From Camelus ferus (Eukaryota), in NCBI RefSeq assembly GCF_009834535.1, contig NC_045696.1:44270001-44334000 (forward strand): DNA of 64,000 bases, in the 5' to 3' direction. The translations under genes and the position numbers were made by a program. Under the pieces are notes generated by a model. The model was not told the origin of the DNA. It did not search any database and saw only the letters and a program-made list of their open reading frames with translations. Each line of letters begins with the position of its first letter. The first letter of the stretch is position 1. Positions 1 through 12,580 of the stretch are shown piece after piece.

Positions 1-196
1 TGTACTCTCCATCAAACCTCACATAAAACCCTGAGGTCTAGCTGTTTCTCTTCATTTCCCTATGACGGCTCCGTGTCACTTAAAACTTAGATTAAATAAA
101 TCAGTGTGCTTTTTCCCTGTTAATCTTTGTCAGTTTAATTTTCAGAACCAGGCAGGGACCTTAAGAGGGTTGAGGGAAGATTCTTCCTTTCCTATA
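1..196 (+). mobile_element. 3' part of ERV1-class LTR (MER34/MER39-like), cut by window start
   Basis: AATAAA then 'ctgttaatctttgtcagtttaattttcag...ccttaagagggttgagggaagattcttcctttcctata', closely paralleling the 3' end of the LTR at 17194-17781. Confidence 0.7.
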
Positions 197-456
197 GATT
201 TTATCTTCCAAAGAGAATATGATAAAGGGAAATATACAGGAAAATGTTGTTCTCTAAGCATCAGTTAGTCTGTGCAAAGCAAAAGGATTAGACAAAGTAA
301 AGGCCAATATTTCTTATAGATTTAATATTCTGACTCATTTTCTTAACTTTGTATTTAACAGTTTAGTAAACACATCTCTCTAAAATGGGAATTCTCATCC
401 TTTGGGGAAAGTTTTTTGCCTAAAGGTCATGTTCTTCAGTTTACAATATCACAACA

Positions 457-2730
457 GGTGTATGATCTTTTTTATGTGTTGTTGATTCTATTCGCTAATA
501 TTTTGTTGAGGATTTTTGCATCTATGTTCATTAATGATATTGGTTGACTATACACCATGATCAAGTTAGGTTCATCCCAGGGACACGAGGATGATACAAC
601 ATATGCAAATCAATCAACATGATAGACCACATCAACAAGAGAAAGGACAAAAATCACATGATTGTCTCAACAGGTGCAAAAAAGCTGTTGATAAAATTCA
701 ACACCCATTTATGATAAAAACTCCAACCAAAGTGGGTATGGAGGGAATATATCTCAACATAATAAAAGCTATTTATGACAAACCTACAGCCAGCATAATA
801 CTCAATGGTGAAAAGTTGAAAGCCTTCCCACTAAAATCTGGAACAAGACAAGGATGCCTACTCTTATCACTTCTATTCAATATAGTATTGGAATTCTTAG
901 CTATAACAATTAGATAAGAAAAAGAAATAAAAAGGATCCAAATTGGAAGAGAAGAGGTAACTCTCATTATTTGTGGATGACCTGATACTATATATAGAAA
1001 ACCCTAAAGGCTCCAACCAAAACTACTGGAGCTGATAAAAGAATTCAGTAAGTTAGCAGGATACAAGATTAACACACAGAAATCAGTTGTATTTCTTTAT
1101 GCTAACAATGAAATATCAGAAAAGGAGAGTAAAGAAACAATTTCTTTTAAAATTGCATCCAAAACAATAAAATACTTAGGAATAAATCTGACCAAGGAAG
1201 TAAAAGACTTATATGTGGAGAACTACAAAACATTGACTAAGGAAATTAAAGATGACTTAAATAAATGGAAAGATATCCCATGTTCTTGGATTGAAAGAAT
1301 TAATATTGTTAAAATGGCCAGACAACCCAAAGCAATCTAAAGATTTAATGCAATCCCTATCAAATTACCCAGGACATTTTTCACAGAACTAGAACAAATA
1401 ATCCTAAAATTTATATGGAATCACAAAAGACCCAGAATTGTCAAAGCATTACTGAAGAAAAAGAATGAAGCTGGAGGATTAACCCTCCCAGATTTCAGAC
1501 AATACTACAGAGCTACAGTAAACAAAACAGCATGATATTGGTACAAAAACAGACATATGGATCAATGGAACAGAATAGAGAGCCCAGAAATAAAATCACA
1601 TATTTTTGGTCAATTAATCTTTGACAAAGCAGACAAGAACATACAATGGAGTAAAGACAGTCTCTTCAGCAAATGGTGTTGGGATAACTGGACAGCTGCT
1701 TGTAAATCAATGAAGTTAGAATACACCCTCACATCATACACAAAAATAAACTCAAAATGGCTTAAAGACTTAAACATAAGACAAGACACTATAAACCTAT
1801 TAGAGGAAAACATAGGCAAAACATTATCTAACATAAATCTTAGCAATGTTCTCCTAGAGCAGTCTACCCAGGACAATAGAAATAAAAGCAAAGATAAACA
1901 AATGGTACCTCACTAAACTTATAAGCTTTTGCACAGCAGAGGAAACCATAAGCAAAACAAAAAGACAACCTATGGAATGGGAGAAAATATTTGCAAAAGA
2001 CTAAACTGACAAAGGCTTAATTTCCAGAATATATAAACAGCTCATACAACTTAATAAGAAAAAAAACAAGCAACCCAATCCAAAAATGGGCAGAAGACCT
2101 AAACAAACAATTCTACGATGAAGACATATAAATGTTCAGTAGGCACATGATAAATGCTCTATATCACTAATTATCTGAGAAATGAAAATCAAAACTACAA
2201 TGAGGTATCACCTCACACCAGTCCAAATGTCCATCATTCAAAAGTCCACAAACGATAAATGCTGAAGAAGGTGCAGAGAAAAGGGAGCCCTCCTACACTG
2301 TTGGTGGGAATATAGTTTGGTGCAGCCATTATGGAAAACAGTATGGAGATTCCTCAAAAGACTAAAAATAGGCTTACCATATGATCCAGGAATCCTACTC
2401 CTGGGCATATATCCAGAGGAAGCTCTAATTTGAAAAGATACATGCATCCCAGTATTCATAGCAGTACTTTGCAATAGCCAAGACATGGAAACAACCTAAA
2501 CATCCATTGACAGATAACTTGATAAAGAAGCTGTGGTATATTTATACAATGGAATGTTACTTAGCCATAAAAAAAGAATAAAATAATGCCATTTGCAGCC
2601 ACATGCATGGACCTGGAGATGATCATTCTAAGTGAAGTAAGCCAGAAAGAGAAAGAAAAATACTGTATGACATCACCTATATGTGGAATCCAAAAAAAAA
2701 AAAAAAAAAGGACAAACGAACTTATTTACA
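457..2730 (+). mobile_element. 5'-truncated, 5'-inverted LINE-1 (ORF2 RT to C-terminus, disrupted); most of 3' UTR missing
   Basis: ORF track gives ORF2 peptides ([26 protein letters not shown]). 457-544 is antisense ORF2 (PISLMNIDAKILNKILANR); sense segment starts ~549; several stops/frameshifts; homology ends at 'cttatttaca' ~2730. Confidence 0.95.
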
Positions 2731-4090
2731 GAGGGTGAGTGGCTAACTAACAATAGGTTTGGCTGAAGTCATTCAACCAGACCTGATACTCGGGAAATTT
2801 TTTATCCATTGATACCTAAGTTGAACTCACAAAGTGTGTTTCCTCAAAACATGAATTTGCTTATGTAAATGAATATTCTATATGCAAAATGCAGGCAGAT
2901 ATTTCCATTTAGGCATGAAATTACCTTTTTTATGGGCATAGGAATATTTTGTGAGCACAGACATGGGATCTAAAGTTTGAACATCTGAAAGTAGTAAAAA
3001 GTTCACCAACTAACAAACTGATAGAAAAAAATGTGCAACAACTTTCTGCTCATATTCTGAGATAGTTTCAGATTGGTCTTGATTTTGGTTTTAAATTATA
3101 AAATCAAGGTCTAAATCTCTCTTGAATTTCCTGAATCCCCCATCTAAATAGACTCCTGTGTACACCAGGTCTGATGCTAGGGCAGAACAGGCTTTCCAAT
3201 CTAGTCTCTTTTTCATTCTTTTATGTAATGACACATAATTATTTTATTCCTTCCTTTGGTTTATCTGCAAATCACATGCGGTATGTTTTGAGGGGAATTT
3301 AAACCATAATGGAACATATTATTAGGTTTTTCCTTCTTCTCAGCCCTAGTCAATTTGATTTTGGCAACTGAACTAATCTTTTCCAATGGTTTTTATTATC
3401 TCTTTTGTTAGCGGCTGCTCCATCAATAACTTCCGGTGTACCAGTCTATTGCTGGTACATTATGATCTTCCTTATTCAGGGCATTTCTTTTTAGAATAAT
3501 ATCCTTTATCCTAATAAACATATTGTGCTTCTCAAATGTCTCAAATGTTGGAAAGAATGTTTTGCTGAAAAGGAACAAGTTCTACTTTCGGTTGCATCTT
3601 ATTATAACTATACATTCATTGTCTACACATTGCCTAACATATATTAGACACTCAATAAATATCTAGTATTTTACAGGTTACATTGCCTTTGTGAAAATTA
3701 CATTAAAAATATATACTGCAAAATTTGGACAAAGAAGCCATAGATCTTACTGTTGTTGAAGCCATGCTCCGTATCTAAGCTAGATCATTATTTATTCATT
3801 TTACTCTGTCTTAGCTAAAGCTAAAACTAAAATACCCACATGAAAGTTATACTGAAATCTGCTATCAAAGAAACAATCAAAAGTAGAAGAGAGCAAGTAT
3901 AAAAAATATCAGATACGGAAGTGGAAAAAAAACCATATTTTATTTTATTTTTAATTTCCACTGCCAAGAATTTCCAGACCACATAGCTGCTTATGAGGAC
4001 GGGCAATAAATCTGCATATAAAATATGTGGATATAATACCTTGAACAAGAAAGCCTGTAATCTTAAAAGTTGCTGAAAATGTGTCCTACA

Positions 4091-4446
4091 TCATAGTTAT
4101 GGTGGACAGTTTAGTGATTGCCAGAGGCAGTGGGGTGGGGTTGGGCAAAACTGAGTGCAGGGGGTCAAAATGCATAAACTCCCAGTGATAAGATAAATAA
4201 GTCATGGGGATGTAGTGTACAACATGATGACAATAGTTAATACTACTGTACTGTATATTTGAAAGCTGCTAAGAGAGTTGATCTTAAAAGTTCTTATGAT
4301 AATGAAAAAAAATTCTAACTGTATGGTGATGGATGTTAACTAGATTTATTGTGGTGATGATTTCATAATATACACAAATATCAAAACATTACATTGTACA
4401 CCTGAAACTAATCTAATGTTATGTGTCAATTATACCTAAATTTTAA
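4091..4446 (+). mobile_element. Old L1 3' UTR fragment (L1MA9-like)
   Basis: Typical 3' UTR motifs (gattgccagagg, gggtcaaaa, gttgatcttaaaagttc, gtacacctgaaactaat); degenerate TSD aaaatgtgtcctaca / aaaaagtttcctata. Confidence 0.8.
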
Positions 4447-5084
4447 AAAAAGTTTCCTATAAACTTTGTCACATCAAAAGCATATTTTACTTGAAGCAAA
4501 TTTCTGTTAGAATCACAAAGAAATATCATTCTTTCTCAATTTAAAATAATTATGGAAAATCTTTTAATAAATATATATTTGATAATGCATCACCCCTGAA
4601 TTTACATATAATTATTATTCTTTTAATTGAGCTATTAGTATACATGATTCTGTGATAATATTACTGATCTTTTTATACAGTAATAAATGACTAATGCTCA
4701 AATGCAAAAGACTGGTAATTTACCCCAGCAAGTTACCCATTATATATACATTTCAAGACATCACAATTTAACTCAAAGAAATACATTTTGATAAGCTTTT
4801 AGTTGTGTTCTCCTAATTAGAGGGCCCCTAACTCAGTACAAGTTAACCCTCCCATTCTGAATGCTGGTAGATATATCATAGGATTTGCCACCAGCAGATG
4901 ACACTGCAAACCTTCTTCATTAACATGCAGCCATGTGGAGGAAACAAAAAAAAGCCTGTGAATGAAGTGGAGGGGCTCCTATTTCTGCATACTGATGGCC
5001 CAGGAGGACACTGTGAGCCCCAGCTAGCCTGGGAGCAGATCAGACAAGCATGACCTTCTGAGGCTTGTCCTTTATCACTGGACA

Positions 5085-5267
5085 ACATGATAATTCTCAT
5101 TTCTTTTTTATGGCTGAGTTGTATTCCATTACATATATATATATATGTATATGCTGCATCTTTATTATCTATTCAACTGTTGAAGTGCACTTAGGATGCT
5201 TCCATAGCTTGGCAATTATAAATAATGTTGCTGTTAATAGCAGGGTGTATGTATCTTTTTTGAATTA
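5085..5267 (-). mobile_element. L1 ORF2 3'-end fragment
   Basis: ttctttttatggctgagttgtattccatt...cacttaggatgcttccatagcttggc is antisense L1 C-terminal region. Confidence 0.8.
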
Positions 5268-5389
5268 ATTCTTATTTTGTGGTTGGCTTTATTCCTTTGA
5301 TAACTATGTAAGTTTAAAAAGCTAAAGCTCTAAACATTCTTGGAAACAATGAACAGTACGTATATGTAAATTAAAAAATACATGTGCAG

Positions 5390-5825
5390 TAAAAAAAATG
5401 ATCTATCAAACCATGAAAGACATGGAAGAAACTTTAAAGACATATTACTAAATGAAAGAAGCCAGTGTAAAAAGGCTATAAACTGTATGATTCCAACCAA
5501 ATGACATTCTGGAAAAGGCACAGCTACAGAAACAATACAAAGATCATGGTTTCCAGGGGTTTGGGAGAGGGAGGGAGAGAGGGGGGAATGAATAGATGGA
5601 GCACAAGGGACTTTTAGGGCAATGAAATTATTCTGTATGATACTATAGTGGCTACATGTCATTATGGATTTGTCAAAGCCCACAGAATTTACAACATCAA
5701 GAGTGAACCCTAATGTAAACTATGGACTTCAGTTGATAATAATGTGTCCATGTTGATTCCTCGATTGTACCAAATATGCCTCACTGATGATGGATGTTGA
5801 GGGTAGGGTAGTATATATGTGTGGA
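5390..5825 (+). mobile_element. Old L1 3' end (L1MC-like)
   Basis: ccatgaaagacatggaagaaac, ctgtatgattccaac, gacattctggaaaaggc, gagtgaaccctaatgtaaactatggactt motifs. Confidence 0.8.
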
Positions 5826-7112
5826 TGGGAGAGAAAAAAAAATTTTTCCACTGGAAAAATTGACACAATTTTCCCTAACTTGTGATTCATCTAATGCTTC
5901 ACAATTATTTTGCCCACCTGAAAGAATAATTACAATAAGGTTGACTTTTGTCCAAAAACTTTGTGTGAGGAAAAAAAAGGTAACAGAAAGATGGGGGAAG
6001 TGGGCTTTAGCTGTGATGGGTTGGAGGTTTTGTAAGGAAGCATGACAAATGTTTAGTTGTACGTGTATTAAAATGCAAACAACTTTCCTGCTTTTTCCTT
6101 ACTTTTAAAATTTCTACATGCATTTCTCTGTAAACTTAGGTCAACAAACTTGTGAAATCTTAGCCCTTTTCTTCCATTGCTGACTAACTAAGCATTCTGT
6201 TTAATAAAAGGCAAAGTCAGCGAGAAGCGTTTAGATGAGATTGCTGTTAGAAACTTAAGATCCTCATTAGACAGAAAAATGGAAAACATTAGGAGGAAAG
6301 GTGAGGGCTTTATTTTTTTTTTACAATAAGAAAACAATTTTCTGCAGGTAATATTTTTTAAAGGCTTTACAAAACAACCAGAGCTGCAGTCTATAAGCAT
6401 ATTTCCTTAACTTTAACCCAGATGATAGTGGTGACATTCTCCTTGCTCTGCTCAAGTTGCAGGAAACCTCAGAATAGTTCAGCATGAAACACAGGGGACT
6501 GCCAAATTTCAGATCTGCAGCCCCAACAACACGCAAACTTATTTAAATATTTTACACACAAGTAGCATGGGTACCACTGCTTTTCATAGCCATTTTTAAA
6601 GCTTTATACAGGATTGATTATCTTGGATGAAGTTCTGCTCTTACACAGTTGAACATTTCTGCTTCTTAAGAGAAGTCATATTCAGAGAAGTGTTACTTTA
6701 TACTTTGGAATTAAACTTGAGAAGGAATAGGGTTTATGCTTGACTAACACAATTCACCGCATCCTCTGGCATCTGAGCCCACTACAGAGTAAGAAAGAGA
6801 GACAGTAAAGCAACTTTTTGCTCTACTTTTGATTCAGCTCCTAGTTATCCCCACATGAGTAATCCAGAATGCCTCTTTTCTCACCTTTAATCCGTCTCAC
6901 TGCTCATTAGAATGGTAATAATTGAAAGACAAACATCATTTTCTTCAACAAATGTTCTCTGAGTGCTCTGTGAGTAAATGCCATTATCCGAAAGCATTGT
7001 TGTAGGGAATCTATGTTCTGTGAAAATTAAATTGCTTCTGCTGGAAAAAGAGCAGAGTGGTTGGGAATAAAGTGAAGGCAGTAGTAACAGGAGACAATCG
7101 ACCACTATTGAG

Positions 7113-7518
7113 TTTTCTTGTTTTTGTTTTTGCTTTTTTAAATTGAAGTATAGTCAGTTTACAGTGTTGTGTCAATTTCTGGTGTACAGCATAATGTTTC
7201 AGTCATACATATACATATATGTATTTATTTTCATATTCTTTTTAACTATAGGCAATTACAAGATATTGAATATAGTTCCCTGTGCTATACAGTATGAACT
7301 TGTCATTTATTTGTTTTATATATATACTAGTTAGTGTCTGCAAATCCTAAATTCCCAATGTATTCCTCCCTATCCTCTCTGCCTCCTGTAACTGTAAGCT
7401 TGTTTTCTATATCTGTGAGTCTGATTCTGCTTTGAACATAAGTTCATTTATGTCTTTTCTTGATTCCACATATGAGTGATATATGATACTTTTCTTTCTC
7501 TTTCTGGCTTACTACACT
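7113..7518 (-). mobile_element. L1 3' UTR fragment (camelid/artiodactyl type)
   Basis: T-rich tail then aattgaagtatagtcag...tagttccctgtgctatacag...tctttctggcttac; reverse complement of the UTR seen at 33300-33690. Confidence 0.9.
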
Positions 7519-7791
7519 TCTATTGCTAACTGTGCTTTTGATCCTTTTCCTAAAGCCATTCCTTCTTCTCTTCCCCCCACTTCCCTTCCCTTCCTCTACC
7601 TCTTACTTCTTCTCTTCTATCACCGACTACCAGTTCGGAAAAGAATCAATTTCCTATGCATTAGAAAACTCTGGCTCAGTTGAGTACCATGGGATCCTTC
7701 CATTCAGGTGAAATTTTCTCTTACCAGTTACACTTTAAATTTTGGTTAGAGAACTAAAACATTTTTAAAAATCACAAATCTAAAATTTCTG

Positions 7792-8851
7792 TTCATGGGC
7801 ACTTAGGTTGTCTCCATGTCTTGGCAGTTGTAAATAATGTTGCTATGAACATTGGGGTTCATGTATCTTTTCAAATTAGTTTTCGTGGGTTTTTTTTTGG
7901 ATATATACCCAAGAGTGGAATTGCTAGGTCATGTGGTAGTTCTGTTTTTAGTTTTTTGAGAAACCTCCTACTGCTTTTCATAATGGCTGCACCAATTTAC
8001 ATTCCCACCAACAGTGTGCAAGGGTTTTCTTTTCTCCACATTCCTGCCAAAATTTGTTATTTGTGTTCTTTTTGATGACAGCCATTCTGATAGGTGTGAG
8101 GAAATATCTCACTGTGGTTTTGATTTGCATTTCTTTGATGATTAACAAAGTTGAGCATCACAGTGAGCATCTTTATATGTGCCTGTTGGCCATCTGCATT
8201 TTCTCTTTGGAAAAATGTCTATTCAGCTCTTCTGTCCATTGTTTTATTGGGTTGTTTTATTGATGTTGACGTGTGTGAGCTGTTTATATATGTTGGATAG
8301 CAATCCCTTATCAGTCATATAATTTGCAAATATTTTCTCCCATTCAGTAGGTTGTCTTTTCTTTTTGTTGATGGTTTCTTTTAGTGTCCATCAACAGATG
8401 AATGGATAAAGAAGATGTGATACACACACACACACACACAAAATGGAATACTTTACTTCTCAGCCATAAAAAGGAACAAAATTTTGCCATTTGCAGCAAC
8501 ATGGGTGGACTTGGAGGGCAGTATGCTAAGTGAAATAAGTCAGACAGAAAAAGACAGATACTGTATGGCATCACTTATATACAGAATCTAAAAAATACAA
8601 CTGGTGACCATAACAAAAAAGAAGCAGACTCACAGATACAGAGAATAAACTAGTGGTTACCAGTTGGGAGAAGGGGGTTTGGGAGGTACAAACTATTGGG
8701 TGTAAGATAGGCTCAAGGATGTATTATACAATACAAGGAAAATAGCCAATATTTTGAAATAACTATAAGTGGAAAGTAACTTTTCAAAATTGTATATAAA
8801 TAAAATTTAAAAATAGTAAAAAATTCAAACCCAAAAAATAATAAAATAAAA
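7792..8851 (+). mobile_element. 5'-inverted (twin-primed) L1: antisense 7792-8382, sense 8383-8851
   Basis: Antisense ORF2 segment joined to a sense 3' end with A-rich tail; TSD taaaatttctg at 7781-7791 and 8852-8862; internal (CA)10 at 8421-8440. Confidence 0.92.
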
Positions 8852-9720
8852 TAAAATTTCTGAAGTATATGGGTTGCTTAAATTTCATAATTCCATTTTC
8901 CCCCAGTTCTCTTCATTGAACAACACTGATTCTTCCAATGCAGAGCTATTCTCATTAGCTTCCTCCTATGTTCTGTTAGTCAAGGGGGTCACACACATGC
9001 CTGCCCATAATACTGTTTCTAGATGTCTCTCATAATTCTTTATCATACAACTCCCTTTAGAAGTCATACCAATTATTTCTAATACTCTCTTATACTTTTC
9101 TCTACCTACCAATTTTTAAGCTCATTCCTACTTAATTCAACCATTTAACACTTGTTTTCTGCATTTTTCTTTCTCCTATTCTGTAATATCAATTTCAGGA
9201 GCTTCAATATGCCAGCAAATTTTACAATTTCTTAATATGCTTTGTGCCAATTAATTCCAGCTCCACTCTTTCCATTTTGAGTCATAGTATGTCTTTTATC
9301 CTGTGTATTGGTCTAGGGTTTTTCAGTCAACTTAATAAATTCAACTCAAATTTTATTTAAAGAAAATATTGGCTCATGGATTTTTGAAGTTGTTATAGTG
9401 GAATCCTTGATCAGCCAAAGACATCAGGAATCTATTGTTTGCTTTGTTTTTCCCAATTTCTTGATTATGTTTAGCTCTGTGCTATTTTTAGGCACACACT
9501 CTCTGTATGATGACAGAGATGATCTCTTTTGATTTGAGTTTTATGGGTCCTTTTTAGTAGATACCCAAATAGAGATCTATCACATGTCAATTATGTCTTC
9601 CAGTATTCATATCAACCAGTGGGACTATTGTTCTTGTTTGAATCACCAAGAAGAGAAATAATTTATGGTTAGCTGGCCTGAAATAATTTCTCTGAAAAGG
9701 AGGGCCAAGTATGTTGATAA

Positions 9721-10195
9721 GTATATTCGTTTCATAGTTACTACCTCAAATACCACTCTCTTAAGAGTTTAAAATAATATAAAATTATTCTCCTAAGTTC
9801 TGGAGAACAGAAGCCTGAAATCGTACTACTGGACTCAAATCAACATGTTAAAGAGTCCAGCATTTCTCTTAGAGGCTATAAAGGAGAATCTATTTCCGTC
9901 CCTTTTCCAATGCCTGCTTGCTTTCTTTGGCTCCTGGCCCCTTCTTTTACTTCGAAGCCAAAATCATAGCATCCATCATCTCCTTCTCTGGCTGCCTCTA
10001 TTGCCTCCCTCTTATAAAGAGTCTTATGACTTCACTGGGTCAACCCCTTTAGTCCAAGATAATCTCCCCATCTCAAGATCATTAACTTAATCACACGTGC
10101 AATGGATATCTTTTTTATTATGTAATGCAACATATTTTTAGTCTCCAGGGATAAGAACATGGGTATTTTTTAGGGAACGTTTTCCTGCCTACCAC
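9721..10195 (-). mobile_element. MaLR LTR (MLT1D/E-like)
   Basis: gttctggag...gaagcctgaaatc, ggagaatc, gataatctccccatctcaagatc, ttaacttaatcac, ends tgcctaccac. Confidence 0.8.
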
Positions 10196-10250
10196 CGTTG
10201 GCAAGCCTGGAAAGACCTTTCCCCTTATGGTTGTAGAACTATGCTCTTTG

Positions 10251-10283
10251 CACATGATCTTAGCCAAAAGGCCGAGAAGCGAT
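10251..10283 (-). pseudogene. RNU2: Tailless U2 snRNA retropseudogene (U2 nt 1-33)
   Basis: Reverse complement atcgcttctcggccttttggctaagatcatgtg = U2 5' end with 1 mismatch; perfect 16-bp TSD agaactatgctctttg (10235-10250, 10284-10299); no poly(A). Confidence 0.97.
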
Positions 10284-10319
10284 AGAACTATGCTCTTTGA
10301 ATGGTAACCCTACAAATGA

Positions 10320-10654
10320 GGATATGTTTGTGTCTCCCTAAAATGTACTCATTGAAACTCTAACCCCAGATGAAAAGGATTAAAACATGGCCTTTGAGAG
10401 GTAATTAGGGTTAGATGAAGTCATAATGGTGGAGCCCCTACGATGGGATTATTGTCTTCATAAGAAGAGGGACTAGAGCTCTCTGTTCTCTGCCATGTGA
10501 GGACACGGCAAGAAGACAGCCACCTGCTAACCAGGAAGTGAATTATCACCAGGACTTGACTATGCTGATCTTGGACTTTCCATTCTCCAGACCTGTGAGA
10601 AATAATTTCTGCTGTGCAAGCCACATCTATTTATTATAGCAGTCTGAACTGACA
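10320..10654 (+). mobile_element. MaLR LTR (MLT1A-like)
   Basis: ggcctttgagaggtaattagggttagatg, gccatgtgaggacacggcaagaag, gatcttggacttt, ctgtgagaaataa. Confidence 0.85.
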
Positions 10655-10974
10655 GGATGGGACACTTTCCTAAAAGAACACGGATTTCCAGAAGAAACTC
10701 AGATGGCCTCATACAGCTGTCTTCTAATATTACAACTGGTCTTTAATTAACCGATATGATCTGGCATTCTCAGTAGATAATCTGTAAGGTCTCAATATAA
10801 TCCATAAACTCTCACTCTCAATAGATGACATTTCTAATCTCAAAAGTAGATGTTACCAATTAGAATTTTATCAACATCACCATAGTGTGATTCATTCACC
10901 ATTATTTTTCACCACCATCTATATTCATTTCTATTGTATCAACTGATACTAACCAGTGATTAGTAAATGACTAA

Positions 10975-11450
10975 TAACTGATTTCCAGATCTTTATCTCT
11001 TTCCCAGATCCCTCAGCTATGCTTTATTTTCAATTCCTGCTGGGCATTTTTGCCTGAATATCTCACTGGAATCCTTAAACCTATCTTTTCAAAGTCAAGC
11101 TCATTGTCTTTCTTCTGAACTCTTCTCTCATGATTTTTTCCTTCTGTTAATGATACCATTCTCATCAAAGTTGGAACTCTGGAGTCATCTTTGTTTTCTC
11201 CTTTTTTTTTCCCCCATTTCTAACCAGTTGCTAAAATTCAACACAAGTTGTCTCTTAACTGCCTATCGCTGTGTTTTAATTCTCCTTGTCTCTCCCTGGA
11301 ACCACTGCAATAGACTTGTTGCTTTCATGTTATCTCCCTGTAACTTTGCCCAGTAAATATTTCTAAAATGAGATTATGATTATATTTTTTAGCATCTCAA
11401 AATTCTTCAGTGCTCCCCAATGCATTGAGAATTAAGTAATAATCCTTTAC
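10975..11450 (+). mobile_element. Degraded L2 fragment
   Basis: Pyrimidine-rich L2-like motifs (tttatctctttcccagatc, tatctcactggaatccttaaac, ctctggagtcatctttg, ccctggaaccactgcaatag). Confidence 0.55.
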
Positions 11451-11469
11451 AGTTGCATAATAATGTTTT

Positions 11470-11655
11470 ACAATTAACAAAGCACTTTGCATTCATTATC
11501 ATATTTTTTTAGTCACAGAAATAGGCTTGTAAAATATTCTAGTTTTTATTATGAATGAGGAAACTGAGATGCAGAGAGGTAGATATTTTAAATAAGCTTA
11601 TATGGTAAGTGGCAGAGATTTACACCATATCTACTGTACTCAAATTCACTCTTCT
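11470..11655 (-). mobile_element. MIR SINE
   Basis: MIR core atgaggaaactgagatgcagagagg and taagtggcagag. Confidence 0.7.
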
Positions 11656-11946
11656 TTGAGACAGAGGAACTTTTCTCATTCAGTGTCTTCTGCTGGGAGG
11701 GCCTCTCTTGTATATATTATCAGCACCACCTTAATTAAATTTACTACCTAAACCTCTGCGTTTTGAATCATTGTAAAGTTATTCTTTGTGAAATCCACTC
11801 CATCTGTCCCTTTTATTACCCTATTAATTCCTCCAGTTCTTCATGAAATCTACCACTAGTGATTCAATGTGACTGCTCCCTTGTGCTTTTATTCTTGTTT
11901 TGTGTGTACATTATTTTCTTATTTTGCCCATAAGCTTTTAAAGTTT

Positions 11947-11990
11947 TATATATATATTATATATATATAAAATATATATATTATATATAT
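11947..11990. repeat. Interrupted (TA)n simple repeat
   Basis: tatatatatattatatatatataaaatatatatattatatatat. Confidence 0.85.
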
Positions 11991-12155
11991 TCCTAAGTGA
12001 TTAGTACAAATAGGGCCTTTCATATGTGAGCCACTCAAGACACAAGTGTAAATTTAATCTTATTCCTATCTACACCATGTTTAAAAGATCATGAGAATTC
12101 CTATGCTGGATTTGACCCCAGCATTCTGTCTTTAGCAGAAGAAAGAATAGACAGG

Positions 12156-12580
12156 TATTAAAGAAAAAAATGTATTCTGACACTTGTTAAAACAGTAAGA
12201 AAAACTTTATCAGGACTGTCACAATAGGTGTCAAGATTATCACAATAGGGAAGGGAGATCAGGTCAGGCCCCACTCCAAGTACAGCAGACAGCTGGGGAT
12301 TTTCCGTCAGCCAGAAGAGCAAGGGGGTCAGGGGATGGAAAATTCTAAGAGGAGAGAGACATCAAGGGTAGAGAGTTTCTTGCTAAACTGACCTAACAGG
12401 ATTGTTGCTGAAGGCAGGCCAGGGTCATCAGATGTCAGTGGGTGGGCGGGATGCTCGCTAAACTGACTTAGCAGGCTTTCTGTTATAACTACACTAGGCA
12501 GGCCAAAGGCCGGGCCCAAGGATGAAACCCGGTTGAAAAGAGAGTTCAGAGGAGCCTGACTAAAGTTTGGTCAAAGAGAG
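12156..12580 (-). mobile_element. ERV1-class LTR (MER31-like)
   Basis: agaggagcctgactaaagtttggtcaa is the reverse complement of the recalled MER31 5' end; internal repeated gctaaactgac. Confidence 0.8.

Noticed and set aside
3437..3459. Perfect 8-bp hairpin tgtaccag/ctggtaca
   Set aside because: Such short stems are expected by chance in 64 kb; no supporting context.
10235..10299. Repeat-33 nt-repeat layouts (here and 58590-58642) as CRISPR-like units
   Set aside because: Mammalian DNA, only two repeat copies each, different repeats, no cas genes; they are TSDs around retroposed RNA fragments.
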